A stretch of 42,458 bases of DNA from Prorocentrum cordatum. Taxonomy: Eukaryota. The stretch covers positions 620,001-662,458 of the forward strand of contig CAUYUJ010000303.1 in NCBI GenBank assembly GCA_963575745.1. Reading direction: 5' to 3'. Of this stretch, positions 24,508 to 34,162 are shown piece by piece; position 1 is the stretch's first letter; each line of letters starts with the position of its first letter. The position numbers were made by a program, and so were the translations under genes. Below the pieces are notes generated by a model. That model did not search any database. It was not told where the DNA came from and saw only the letters and a program-made list of their open reading frames with translations.

Positions 24508-24792
24508 ACTTTAAACGGAGAAGGTTAAAGGCGAGGTATAAATCGAGCATGTACCGCTGCCGTGCCTGGCTCAAGCCGGGCCCGGCCAAATATGTGATTG
24601 TGCCTCACCGAGGCGCACGACTTGTATCTGAGATCGGAAAATACCTTTTCCATTGACGATGCCCATCCTATCCTTTACTCCAGATCCCATGCTTCGTCTC
24701 GCTCTCTTGCTCATGCGATATGAGCCAAAGCCTGGGATATGGCAACGCTTAAAGCGTAACACATACCTAAGCTTACCAGCTTGTTTTCGACT
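24508..24792 (+). repeat. 5' LTR (shared portion; may be 5'-truncated)
   Basis: Colinear with 40821-41105; 11 substitutions in 285 bp counted by eye. Confidence 0.92.
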
Positions 24793-25967
24793 TGGTAGCG
24801 GAGCTGGCTACACTCTCGTGTGGCTGGCTCTCGCTCTGATTCCTGTAATCCACGGCACAACTTGGTGGACTACTACTACGGTGGAATACCATGTTGCGCC
24901 GGCTCTGCGAGGAGCGGAGCCAGTCCGCGATCGAGCTAGCGGGGCAACCCGCGAACTCGAGACGCTCTCTCCTACTTCACTGCGCCACTTCACTCTCGAC
25001 TTCCACCAGATGCCAATCGGCAACTCGATCGAGAACGTGGTCACCCTGCGGGGCTACCCGCAGCGGGGCCACCTGCATCCCGTGCCAGTCAGGCGCCTCA
25101 CGGCTACTACGCCAGAGCCTGACAAACCACAGCCTAAACCAATCACCGAAGCCGAAATGCACATGCACTGGATTAAGATAACTATCTTCGGCATTCTGTG
25201 GGTAATAATGGGATGTGCTGTGGGATACATGCGGCAGGGGATGGACGACACGCGTACTACTGGCCCCTCATGGGACCCTGCCGGTACTACGCCTTTTCGC
25301 GAATACGTTCGCGAAGTACATGCATGGTTAAACGTAACGAGTGGCAATATGACACCACCACAACAAGCTGCAGCACTACAACGAGGCCTTCAAGGTCTGG
25401 CTCGTCGTATCGCCATGCAGGTCCCCTCCCAGATCATCAATTATGGTGTAACTGTCAATGGACAGCCAACGGATGCAGTAACCATATATACTGTACTTAC
25501 TGAGCACCAAATTTGAAAATCTGGAAGATGAGCGCCAGCTCAACTCTGGCACTGCCCTTATCGACTTTCGCGTCGAAAGGGGCGAGCGAATCGACTCAGT
25601 GTTAGCTCGATTCGAGATGGCCCGTGACGAGGCTAACTCTGTTGGATTTGTCATCCCCAACTTTAAGATCCTAACGCTGATTCTCTTCAGAGCGTTAGGC
25701 GTTGGCGCGTCACGAGCCCAACACCTGCTGGAGCCCTTTAATCATCAGATGCCCCGAACGCAAGCAGACTATGACAGGCTGCTGACCAGGATGAGGAACT
25801 ACGGACATGTTGCCGAGCGCTCTCCTGGCAACATTGCGGGTATCTTCGCAGGGCACCACTCACATGCAGGTGTCTACGCCACGACTGCGGGGTCACCCGC
25901 TGGTCCTGGCGAGCCAAATCCCTGGGCTGACCCAGCCGATATGCCCAACGAGGCCACTGCCTTTTAG
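24653..25967 (+). pseudogene. gag: Gag N-terminal/capsid-like region (two frames joined by a frameshift near 25490)
   Basis: PSWDPAGTTPFREYVREVHAWL...QQAAALQRGLQGLARRIA, then in the shifted frame LLSTKFENLEDERQ...IDFRVERGERIDSVLARFE, which resembles retrotransposon Gag. It lies directly after the PBS. Confidence 0.7.
24793..24807 (+). promoter_or_regulatory. Primer-binding site, probably initiator tRNA-Met type
   Basis: TGGTAGCGGAGCTGG starts immediately after LTR homology ends and resembles the canonical tRNAiMet PBS sequences TGGTATCAGAGC and TGGTAGCAGAG. Confidence 0.8.
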
Positions 25968-26244
25968 GGCAGACTGGCCAGGCATCGGCAGAGGCAGCTG
26001 AGGCGAACGCCTGTCGAACTACTCGCCAGGCGCCGCCTACACTGCAAGCCCGCCCTCGGGCACAACCCTCTGGGGCCAAGCGGAGTCATCCGCTCAAGGG
26101 TCTCAGCCACCCTCACCGTTTGAATCTGGCACTGACACAGATACCTCATCTGACGATGAGCACAATGGAATAGTCTCTGCTGGTAATGACTATCCAGCGG
26201 ATGACACTCACCTTTCTGAACAACAAAGAGCGGAAGCCGCTTTT

Positions 26245-29200
26245 ATGGCTTATCGCAAATCAAAACGCCGTTGGAGGCGCTTTATGAAGAAACCAGTCAG
26301 AAAAGTGAGACGTGCAGTACGCCGACATTTCAAACGATTTGGAAAGGGTCGTGGCAAAGGGGGTCGCAGACGCCGTATGCATGGTAGGGGTATTACTGCT
26401 TTCCTCACGTCCTTAACTGATATAGCCTTTGAAGAAGCTCTTATCGGAGGCAAAGGTCGGGGTCACAGGCGGACCTCCGGTAAGGGAAAAGGGCGGAGGG
26501 GCAACCCTAGGGACGCTTCTGGCAATACTATGAAGTGTCATACATGCGGTAGCACAGAGCATTTGCGCGATCAATGCCCGAAGGGGAAAGGAAAGGGATC
26601 CGTACATTTGGCTCAAAATTCTTTTATGGACGACATAGACTACATTGACTACGAGTATTACGTCAATCCAGAAGCGGCTCCCGCTGCGGGCTCCTCCACG
26701 TACTACGTGATGGCCCGCTACGCTGAAGTAACCGTAGCCCTGGAAGACTACGCAGTGACCCTCTTCGACGAGCTCCACGGCTGGGACGAAGTCGACGAGG
26801 TCGCGTTCAATGCTTGGTTCGGTCTTCCAGCGGGGCCACCCGCCGGCGACGAGGTCTCCGAAGCTGAGACCGTCCCGGCGACCGAGGAAGAGCTCACCGC
26901 CGCGCTGGCACCGCAGGTGATTGGCACGCCGTTGCTGCCAGATCTTTCGCGAGCTGGCTCGGAGGCGGGAGGCGCTGATGACGAAATGCGGGGCCATCCC
27001 GCGTATTCTGACTCCGAAGAGGCCGAAGAGGACTATAAGGACATGCTCCAAGAGCAGGTCGCAGAAGCAATCCGGCTCCTGAGTGCGCCAGCACATCAGC
27101 AGATAACCATGAACGACCTGCTGTCGCGCCCAGGGGCCGCACGGCTGCGTCCATACCTGGGTTCGGACATGTCGGCACCTCAGATGCTGACAGCACTCCA
27201 GGCTCCAGCGGGGTCACCCGCCGAAGTGACGCCAGCCGCAGCAGCGGGGCCACCCGCTTGGTCTATGGATGTATTTATGCAGGGCTGCGACCAGATGGAC
27301 CTCAACGACCTCACGATGGAGCAGTTAAACGACATCGGGTACTTCCGAAGCCCGTATCAACACGTATTCATGGTCCAGGACAGCTCAGAGGACTCGGAGG
27401 ACATGCGCTACGCCCAGAGGGACAGACGACCATCGCCTCCCCGAGACTCAGAGCATGACGATCAAAGGCCAATGGAACGTGGTAGTGCGTCAGCGGGGCC
27501 AGCCCGCAGGAGGAGCCGTTCAGCTCCCAGACGCCCTACACATGATGCATCGGGCTACCCGTGCAGCACTGAGCACTCCGTTGGCGTATCCGCTCAGCAC
27601 GTGCCGGAGTGGTACATCAATTGGTACCCCGGCTACTCGATGGACGTGATCCGCCACTGGTATTCTAAGGAATACTGCACCAAAAGGGACGAAACTGGCA
27701 TGATAATACGTACCAAGGGTGGCAAGACCAAAACGCCAGAGGCTTGGGACAAAAGGGCTAAGAAACAGGAGATCATCAACGATCGCAAGACATACAGGAA
27801 ACAAGTATGTCAGTGCGAGCCCTTCAAAGGTCACATGCGCAGGTGTCCGATGGACCGCCCCTCCAGGAGTCCTCATCACGGTGAGACCCCGTGGAATTGG
27901 TCTCATGGAGATGACGCTGGCAACGTCCATGATCCTAACAAGGAGGTCCCTGGAGGAGGAAAGCGCATCACCGAAGCCGATCGCGTCCCCATGACCGAAG
28001 AGGTGGCCAACATCGTCAGGGAAAATTGGGTACAGCTTCCCAATGACCATCGCCTCAAGGAGTGGAACCGCCGATTCCATAAAGAGGCGGGGTCACCCGC
28101 AGGATCTAGTAAAGAAGCGGGGTCACCCGCAGACGCGGCGCCAGCCGCTGGGTCCGCGGACGAAGATTGGATAGCTGTTGCATCTGCTGCTGGGTCCGCC
28201 GCCGGCACTGACCACACCGAACTGAATGAAGAATGGGCGGCGGAAGACGGCTCAGAGAATCCATTCCCTGATGGAAGCGCCTGCTGGTACTACAGCTCTT
28301 CGGCGCAGAAGTGGTTGTGCACGAGGGTAATCTACCGCCATGAGAATGGCAAGTACAAGCTGGCCATAAAAGGTACTGCCGACATCGACCAGATGAGGCA
28401 GGTCATCCATGATCATGGACAGCCAGATGGCCCTCCTAGAGACCCTCCTGGTCCACAACCGGGTAAGGGCAGCAGACCACCTCCAAGACCTAAAGCCGAC
28501 TCCTCGTCTTCACCGACTCCTGCGAAAAGGCACCCGTCCAAGAGCCCCGAAGGAACACAGGGGCGGGCGAAGGCCAGAGGGATCGCCAAGACGGACGACC
28601 TTGAGCTGGAAGATCCTCCCGGTCTGTCCGTGACGGAGAGGAGGAAGGCTTTTGCTGGACCATCGACCCCGATGCCACCGGCTGCCCAAGGCGATGTCAA
28701 GGACGTAGCTCGCAATCAGCCTAAGGCAGCCTTCCGAGGTGACTGGACTCCAACTCTGCATCAGCCGCGCCTTGCACCACGACCAGGTTCGGCACGAATG
28801 AAAGCGCAGCCGAAGCCTGAAGCTGGGATGAGGTCGGTGCGGGCAGAAGCAGCCGCCAAAGCTAAGGAGGACAAGGGCTCTGCGGGGCCACCCGCTAAAG
28901 CGGCGCCAGCTGCAGCAGCGGGGGCACCCGCAGAAGGCACTCTCTCAAGAGAAGAACGCTTCAAAGTCCTCAAGGAATTTGGCGACCGACAGAAACTAGC
29001 CGATGATGCAGTGGCTGACCAAGGTCACCCGCACCCTGGCGCGGAGTCATCCGCTGGAGTTGCCTCGTCAGCCGCAGGCTCTGCGGGGCCACCCGTTAAA
29101 GCGGCGCCAGCTGCATTGGCGGGGCCACCCGCGCGTTGGCAGCCAGTGATGTCTGTTCTCAGGAACATCCCTCTGGGAGCCATGGAATATTGGCAAGGCA

Positions 29201-31098
29201 TTGAAGGCAAAGGCCCGAAGCGCACCTCAAACCCACGAGTCACTCGAGACGATACAGATCGATACGAGGTCATTAATTGCCCTGATCGTCGTAACTTCGA
29301 GTGCCGCAACGACTGGGAACGTGAACAACAAGCCGTGGGAAATATGTTGCGAGACAGGCCGCCATTGCGCGTCGCGCAGCACAGGGCAGAGCTCATGAAG
29401 GTCATGGAGAAGATTAATACAGATCCTACTCTGCCGCGCGACTGGCAAATGACCAAGGTGTCAATATGGTTCTCTACAGCCCTACGCCATAGTCCGTATT
29501 GGAAGGATGGATTCAGCCGACACTTCGAAAATATCAACACTTTCGATCCATACGATGGCTGGGTTGTTATTGACGATTTGTTGACAAACTGGACTGAAAA
29601 CGATCAGTGGAAAGGCTACCGTGACATGCATGATGTGCTGATCAAGGGCAACCCTCACTGTTCATACGTGTACTGGGTGTTGCTAAACTGCTGCGAGATG
29701 ATCGACGGTCATGGTATGCAGAAGGGCAGGCTCCAGATGAAGTGCGTCGAGGACAGCATGAAGCGACATCCCAGATTCCGACCAACGGTACGCAGGCCAC
29801 AATACTTCATCAGAGCCACGAGCGGCCATAGCAGCCCAGGCATCCACTGCCCCGAGTCGCTCTATAAGCCGATCACAACATGGATGAAGGAACCAGACGA
29901 CCCAGTATACTTCATCCACGGGACACAGTGGGAACATGTCAAGGGCATCCTTGATAATGGCCTTTCATGCCTCGCACAGGACAACCCTACGGGGAAGGGG
30001 GGGCGCCAGTTCGTACACGGCTGCCCCTACCTCCCGGGTGACCCGAGGATTCAATCGGGCATCCGTCCTGACTCGGAGGTGCTCATATTCTGCAGCATCA
30101 ACAAGATGCTGTCCAGTGGCTTTTCCCTATGGAGGTCAGCAAATGACATCGTCATGACACGGGGCCACGACGGCCGTATACCGCCCGATCATATCCTCCA
30201 GATTGTGAGCATTGCGAAATATCGGGTCGGCGAAGCCTGGAGCAATCCGCTGGCTTATGACAAGTCGCGGAGGCGGGGCCAACCCGCGGACAGGATTCGC
30301 ACCGATGACTACCTGCCACTTAAATTGTGTGACAGAACTCTGGGTGTAATGGAGGATCACGCCATGTACCTAAAGGGCTGGACTAAGACGGACGGTCGCC
30401 CATTCAATTTGATCATGACCGAGCAAGATGTTGCTCCACGACCGTACGACACACAGACAGTCCTCATGATGAATGCCCAGGAGGACGAGGTCATGCCTGA
30501 AGCGGGGCCACCCGCAGGTGCGGGGACACCCGCGGTAGACACCTCGGAAGGTTCATGGCAACAAGTGGTCACACCAGTAGCAACGGTAGCATCTCCTTGG
30601 AGGCCGGACCAGCAGACATGGGTCCAGGCCCTCAACAGCTATTTGACACCAGCCGACGTCTCTGGACTGACCGATCAGCTATATCGTGCTGACCCGTGGG
30701 CAGTGCATACAGGTATCCAAGACGCACAGCAGAGGAACCTGCGCACTCCTGCGGGGCCTCCAGGCGTCCTAGGACCACAGCCACAACGCCCTCCGCAGCA
30801 GGCTGGAGGTGCGAGGTTTGTCCCTATGGCGGCTCAGATGGTGGCTCGCCGTTTCGGACTCCGCCGTCTGAAACGAGCGAGAACAGCTTGTGGCAAAGAC
30901 TCCAGGCGATTCGCGGGAATCCGGCGCTCGCAGCAGCACTCCAGGCGACCACTCCCTTTGGCACTCCGAGGGGTAGTGAAGGAGGAGTGGCTGCGGGGTC
31001 ACCCGCCGAGCGAACGCCTGCGGAGCCACCCGCGCATGCGGGGCCACCCGCTGACGGACAGCAAGGTTCAGACTATGAACGTCGGGCAGCCAACTTAA
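26245..31098 (+). CDS. Polyprotein segment (1617 aa): basic region, CCHC zinc knuckle, long disordered linker, SH3/Tudor-like module and Tpt1/KptA domain
   Basis: CHTCGSTEHLRDQC (CX2CX4HX4C) at 26536-26577; Tpt1 motifs at about 29452-30213. The coding frame probably shifts near 30830. Confidence 0.88.
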   Translation: MAYRKSKRRWRRFMKKPVRKVRRAVRRHFKRFGKGRGKGGRRRRMHGRGITAFLTSLTDIAFEEALIGGKGRGHRRTSGKGKGRRGNPRDASGNTMKCHTCGSTEHLRDQCPKGKGKGSVHLAQNSFMDDIDYIDYEYYVNPEAAPAAGSSTYYVMARYAEVTVALEDYAVTLFDELHGWDEVDEVAFNAWFGLPAGPPAGDEVSEAETVPATEEELTAALAPQVIGTPLLPDLSRAGSEAGGADDEMRGHPAYSDSEEAEEDYKDMLQEQVAEAIRLLSAPAHQQITMNDLLSRPGAARLRPYLGSDMSAPQMLTALQAPAGSPAEVTPAAAAGPPAWSMDVFMQGCDQMDLNDLTMEQLNDIGYFRSPYQHVFMVQDSSEDSEDMRYAQRDRRPSPPRDSEHDDQRPMERGSASAGPARRRSRSAPRRPTHDASGYPCSTEHSVGVSAQHVPEWYINWYPGYSMDVIRHWYSKEYCTKRDETGMIIRTKGGKTKTPEAWDKRAKKQEIINDRKTYRKQVCQCEPFKGHMRRCPMDRPSRSPHHGETPWNWSHGDDAGNVHDPNKEVPGGGKRITEADRVPMTEEVANIVRENWVQLPNDHRLKEWNRRFHKEAGSPAGSSKEAGSPADAAPAAGSADEDWIAVASAAGSAAGTDHTELNEEWAAEDGSENPFPDGSACWYYSSSAQKWLCTRVIYRHENGKYKLAIKGTADIDQMRQVIHDHGQPDGPPRDPPGPQPGKGSRPPPRPKADSSSSPTPAKRHPSKSPEGTQGRAKARGIAKTDDLELEDPPGLSVTERRKAFAGPSTPMPPAAQGDVKDVARNQPKAAFRGDWTPTLHQPRLAPRPGSARMKAQPKPEAGMRSVRAEAAAKAKEDKGSAGPPAKAAPAAAAGAPAEGTLSREERFKVLKEFGDRQKLADDAVADQGHPHPGAESSAGVASSAAGSAGPPVKAAPAALAGPPARWQPVMSVLRNIPLGAMEYWQGIEGKGPKRTSNPRVTRDDTDRYEVINCPDRRNFECRNDWEREQQAVGNMLRDRPPLRVAQHRAELMKVMEKINTDPTLPRDWQMTKVSIWFSTALRHSPYWKDGFSRHFENINTFDPYDGWVVIDDLLTNWTENDQWKGYRDMHDVLIKGNPHCSYVYWVLLNCCEMIDGHGMQKGRLQMKCVEDSMKRHPRFRPTVRRPQYFIRATSGHSSPGIHCPESLYKPITTWMKEPDDPVYFIHGTQWEHVKGILDNGLSCLAQDNPTGKGGRQFVHGCPYLPGDPRIQSGIRPDSEVLIFCSINKMLSSGFSLWRSANDIVMTRGHDGRIPPDHILQIVSIAKYRVGEAWSNPLAYDKSRRRGQPADRIRTDDYLPLKLCDRTLGVMEDHAMYLKGWTKTDGRPFNLIMTEQDVAPRPYDTQTVLMMNAQEDEVMPEAGPPAGAGTPAVDTSEGSWQQVVTPVATVASPWRPDQQTWVQALNSYLTPADVSGLTDQLYRADPWAVHTGIQDAQQRNLRTPAGPPGVLGPQPQRPPQQAGGARFVPMAAQMVARRFGLRRLKRARTACGKDSRRFAGIRRSQQHSRRPLPLALRGVVKEEWLRGHPPSERLRSHPRMRGHPLTDSKVQTMNVGQPT
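29452..30213 (+). other. Tpt1/KptA NAD+-dependent RNA 2'-phosphotransferase domain within the polyprotein
   Basis: Motifs in family order: SIWFSTALRH, DGWVVIDDLL, KGRLQ, IRATSGHS, FIHGT, ILDNGL...GRQFVH, SGIRPDSEVLIF, RSANDIVMTRGHDGRIPP. Confidence 0.88.
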
Positions 31099-32834
31099 GG
31101 GCACAGGCTACTTTTCTGCAGCAACAAGCTGATAGAGTGCCCAGCCTGTTGCGGAACCGCAACATAGATGTTACGAATCATGGCGACATTCGGCCTCTCT
31201 GGAGCTGGACTTCTGAAGATGCTCCAAATGCTGATCCCACGAATCCATATCGACAGGTGTTTATTCCAGGAATAGCATCACACCCAATATATGGATGGGA
31301 CAATCATGGACCAGCAGAGGCACAGGCCATGGACGCGCCGATGTACCCGGAGTACTACGCGCAGATGAATAATACTCCTATGATTGCGGGGCCACCTGCG
31401 AACAAATACACTCGGAATCTTGCCAATGAGATGTTTCGTTTGCAGTTTACACGAGCGGTCGATGCGCAGTCTATGCCGCACTACGCCTACATGCCCACGC
31501 CGACGGACCCCGAGACCATAGTTCAGCCAGCTGGTCTCGCGGTGCCAGCCGCTATGGGCAGCATGCCAGACTACATCCGCGACGTGCACGACACGCAGCA
31601 AGCGATACTGGCATCTAGGCAGCAGGCTCGGGACAACGCCAGGCTGCGCCAACAGCGCGCGATCCAGAGAAGGATCGAGCGTGAGACCCAAGCGGGGACA
31701 CCCGCAGACGCGGGGCCACCCGCTGAACGGACAGATAGACGGCCGCCACCGACGCCATATCGGGAGGGCGAAACCACTTTCGAGCGACAAGCTCGGACTC
31801 GCCCAGACGTGCCTGCTCCAGTTATTTCAGACTACAACTTCACACAGTGCCCAATCTGTATGGACACCTACGAGATGGGCACCATAGTGTGGAGACTGGC
31901 GTGTGGGCACTTCTTCCACGATATATGCTGGGATCGTGTTGCTCAGCAGCACGTCCGCAATCAGCGGCCAGGTGCGCCGAACGAGGCCCCCTGCGCTGTA
32001 TGTCGTGGGCCGGGCATAATTACAGCACATTTCCCGTATGCTGGACAGCGCGACGCTGAGTCGGAACAAGCGCGCCAGCAGGAAAGGTACGTGGTAGATG
32101 CCCAGGAACTGCGTCGGCTGCGGGAAGCAGTGGAGGCACTAGAGGCTCGAGCCGCACACTCGGCGGAGCCATCCGCACGTGCCCCAGCTGCACAGACACA
32201 CCCCTGGCCAACGCCAGAGCAAGGCATCCAGATGCCAATCCTGCCTACGCTTCGAGCGCAGGAGCCCCCAGCAGCGGGGCCACCCGCCGAAGCGGCTCCC
32301 GCCGCCAAAGCGGGGCCACCCGCAAATGGACCTCCGAATCCAGGATTCCTGAGGGCAATGGAGGCCAATATCAGGCGGAGTGGCAGGAGCGGAGGCGGGA
32401 CGCGCAGGCTGACTGGATCATCCAGGACCTCACGTGTGGCGAGCCCGGTCAGCGCTAGGAGCCGGGCAAGCGCTGAAAGTGCGGAGGCAGCCCAGTTCCA
32501 CACCACATTCATGATTGATACAAAAGGGCTGACCTATGCACGTGACGACACGGACACGCTGCCGCCAGGAGGTGAATGGATGTCCACACTCTCTGCGAAT
32601 TATTGGGTTCTTGAACAGGAACCAATTACCGTGGAGGAGCGCCGCCAATATGAGCAGATGTGGTGCACCGAGTTAACCATGAGTCAATGGGTGCTTGAAC
32701 AACGCCTGTTGAAAGGTACACTCGGTTCGCAGATCACGTACCACACCAATGACCATGGTACAATGGCTCTGGCAGCGCGAAATGGACATTCTTTCCTGAC
32801 GAAGACGGTATGCCCTGCATCTCGTTCATGCTAG
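30696..32834 (+). CDS. Polyprotein segment containing a RING-H2 finger (31848-32003)
   Basis: CPIC-x14-C-G-H-FF-H-DI-C-W-x20-CAVCR matches the C3H2C3 pattern. Confidence 0.8.
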   Translation: MGSAYRYPRRTAEEPAHSCGASRRPRTTATTPSAAGWRCEVCPYGGSDGGSPFRTPPSETSENSLWQRLQAIRGNPALAAALQATTPFGTPRGSEGGVAAGSPAERTPAEPPAHAGPPADGQQGSDYERRAANLRAQATFLQQQADRVPSLLRNRNIDVTNHGDIRPLWSWTSEDAPNADPTNPYRQVFIPGIASHPIYGWDNHGPAEAQAMDAPMYPEYYAQMNNTPMIAGPPANKYTRNLANEMFRLQFTRAVDAQSMPHYAYMPTPTDPETIVQPAGLAVPAAMGSMPDYIRDVHDTQQAILASRQQARDNARLRQQRAIQRRIERETQAGTPADAGPPAERTDRRPPPTPYREGETTFERQARTRPDVPAPVISDYNFTQCPICMDTYEMGTIVWRLACGHFFHDICWDRVAQQHVRNQRPGAPNEAPCAVCRGPGIITAHFPYAGQRDAESEQARQQERYVVDAQELRRLREAVEALEARAAHSAEPSARAPAAQTHPWPTPEQGIQMPILPTLRAQEPPAAGPPAEAAPAAKAGPPANGPPNPGFLRAMEANIRRSGRSGGGTRRLTGSSRTSRVASPVSARSRASAESAEAAQFHTTFMIDTKGLTYARDDTDTLPPGGEWMSTLSANYWVLEQEPITVEERRQYEQMWCTELTMSQWVLEQRLLKGTLGSQITYHTNDHGTMALAARNGHSFLTKTVCPASRSC

Positions 32835-33140
32835 ACATTGGGTCCAACGTGAACATCATTGGAGCCAATACGGCGCGAACCTTCCAGGAGATTATGGCCA
32901 GGTACAATCACAGACCTGCCATATGCACCCTGAGCAAGACCCTCTACATTAACGGTGTCGGTGAGGGTGCTGCGATATGTCGGAAGATGGGCAACTTCAA
33001 GATCGGGGTGCAATACGCCAATGAGGCAAGCCCCCGTATCGAGGAGTATGCCTCCAACATCGCAGAAGGCTCAGGTGCCAATCTCCCGGCCATCTGGGGC
33101 CTAGGAGCCATGGAAGCACGTGACACGATCATCGTGCTGA
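32822..33140 (+). other. Retropepsin-like aspartic protease domain
   Basis: FMLDIGSNVNII (D-x-G), flap-like INGVGEG and LPAIWGL (equivalent to the ILG motif), located upstream of integrase. Confidence 0.72.
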
Positions 33141-33402
33141 AGCCAGGCTACCAGAAGGTTATCTTCCCCAGCGGTGACTACACCCTGAAGCTGGGAAGGG
33201 GTGCCAAGGTCCTGAGGGCGAAGAAAACTCCCTCGGGACATCTCGCGATTCCCTGCGGTTTGTATGACGGGGCTAAAAGCCAGACGGTCACGAACACCTT
33301 CACAATCCGCAGCAGTCGAGATGGCTACACCGAGACGGAGAACGAAGAGGATCCCGTCAGTGCGGGGCCACCCGCCGGAATAAGTGCGGGGCCACCCGCC
33401 GG

Positions 33403-33413
33403 AAAAAAAAGTG

Positions 33414-33451
<38 letters not shown>

Positions 33452-33511
33452 AAAAAAAAAAAAAAGGGGGTGGGGGGAAAAAAAAAAAAAAAAAAAAAAA
33501 AAAAGGAAAAG

Positions 33512-33557
<46 letters not shown>

Positions 33558-33567
33558 AAAAAAAAAG

Positions 33568-33598
<31 letters not shown>
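33403..33598 (+). repeat. ~195-bp interrupted poly-A tract inside the polyprotein region
   Basis: Directly visible; flanked on both sides by agtgcggggccacccgccg. Confidence 0.9.
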
Positions 33599-33601
<3 letters not shown>

Positions 33602-34162
33602 GTGCGGGGCCACCCGCCGAAGCAACAGCGGGGCCACCCGCGACGGGACAGTCCATGACCGTCACGACCGATATGTACATTGTCGAGCCGTACATCGACA
33701 AGCAGCTCCTGGAAGACACGACCCGTTTGATCGTGGACAGGACGCTGAACAGCTGGTGGGAGGGCCAACAGTGTCCCGAAGGGACCTGGCACATATGAAG
33801 GATGCCCTGAAGTCCAAGATATTTTGGGCAGTCCAGGAGGCGGTGAATAAATGGACGCCTGAGAACCAAGCGGGGCACCCGCGACACCGCCACCACCACC
33901 AAGCTACACGGGCGGAGGTTCGTCGGACTCTGCGGGGCCAACCCGCGTGGAGATCGCGAGCGTAGCCGCACCAGCGCCTCCTGCGGAGCCATCCGCTAAC
34001 AGCATGCCCCCGAGTCAGACGGCAACGTGGTCACACGACCGCCGCTGACGGGGGCAGGCGGGCGCGCCGGCGGCGCTCGCTTGCGAAGAGAAGCCGAATA
34101 CCGGCCTCCTCGCGACATACGTTGGCCGCGCTGAGGGCCGAGAGGAAAAATATCATTCAAAA

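Noticed and set aside
24536..24543. TATA-like TATAAA in the 5' LTR
   Set aside because: It is not conserved in the 3' LTR (TGTAAA) and is too short to support.
33325..33992. Poly-K and poly-F ORFs
   Set aside because: They are translations of the poly-A tract.
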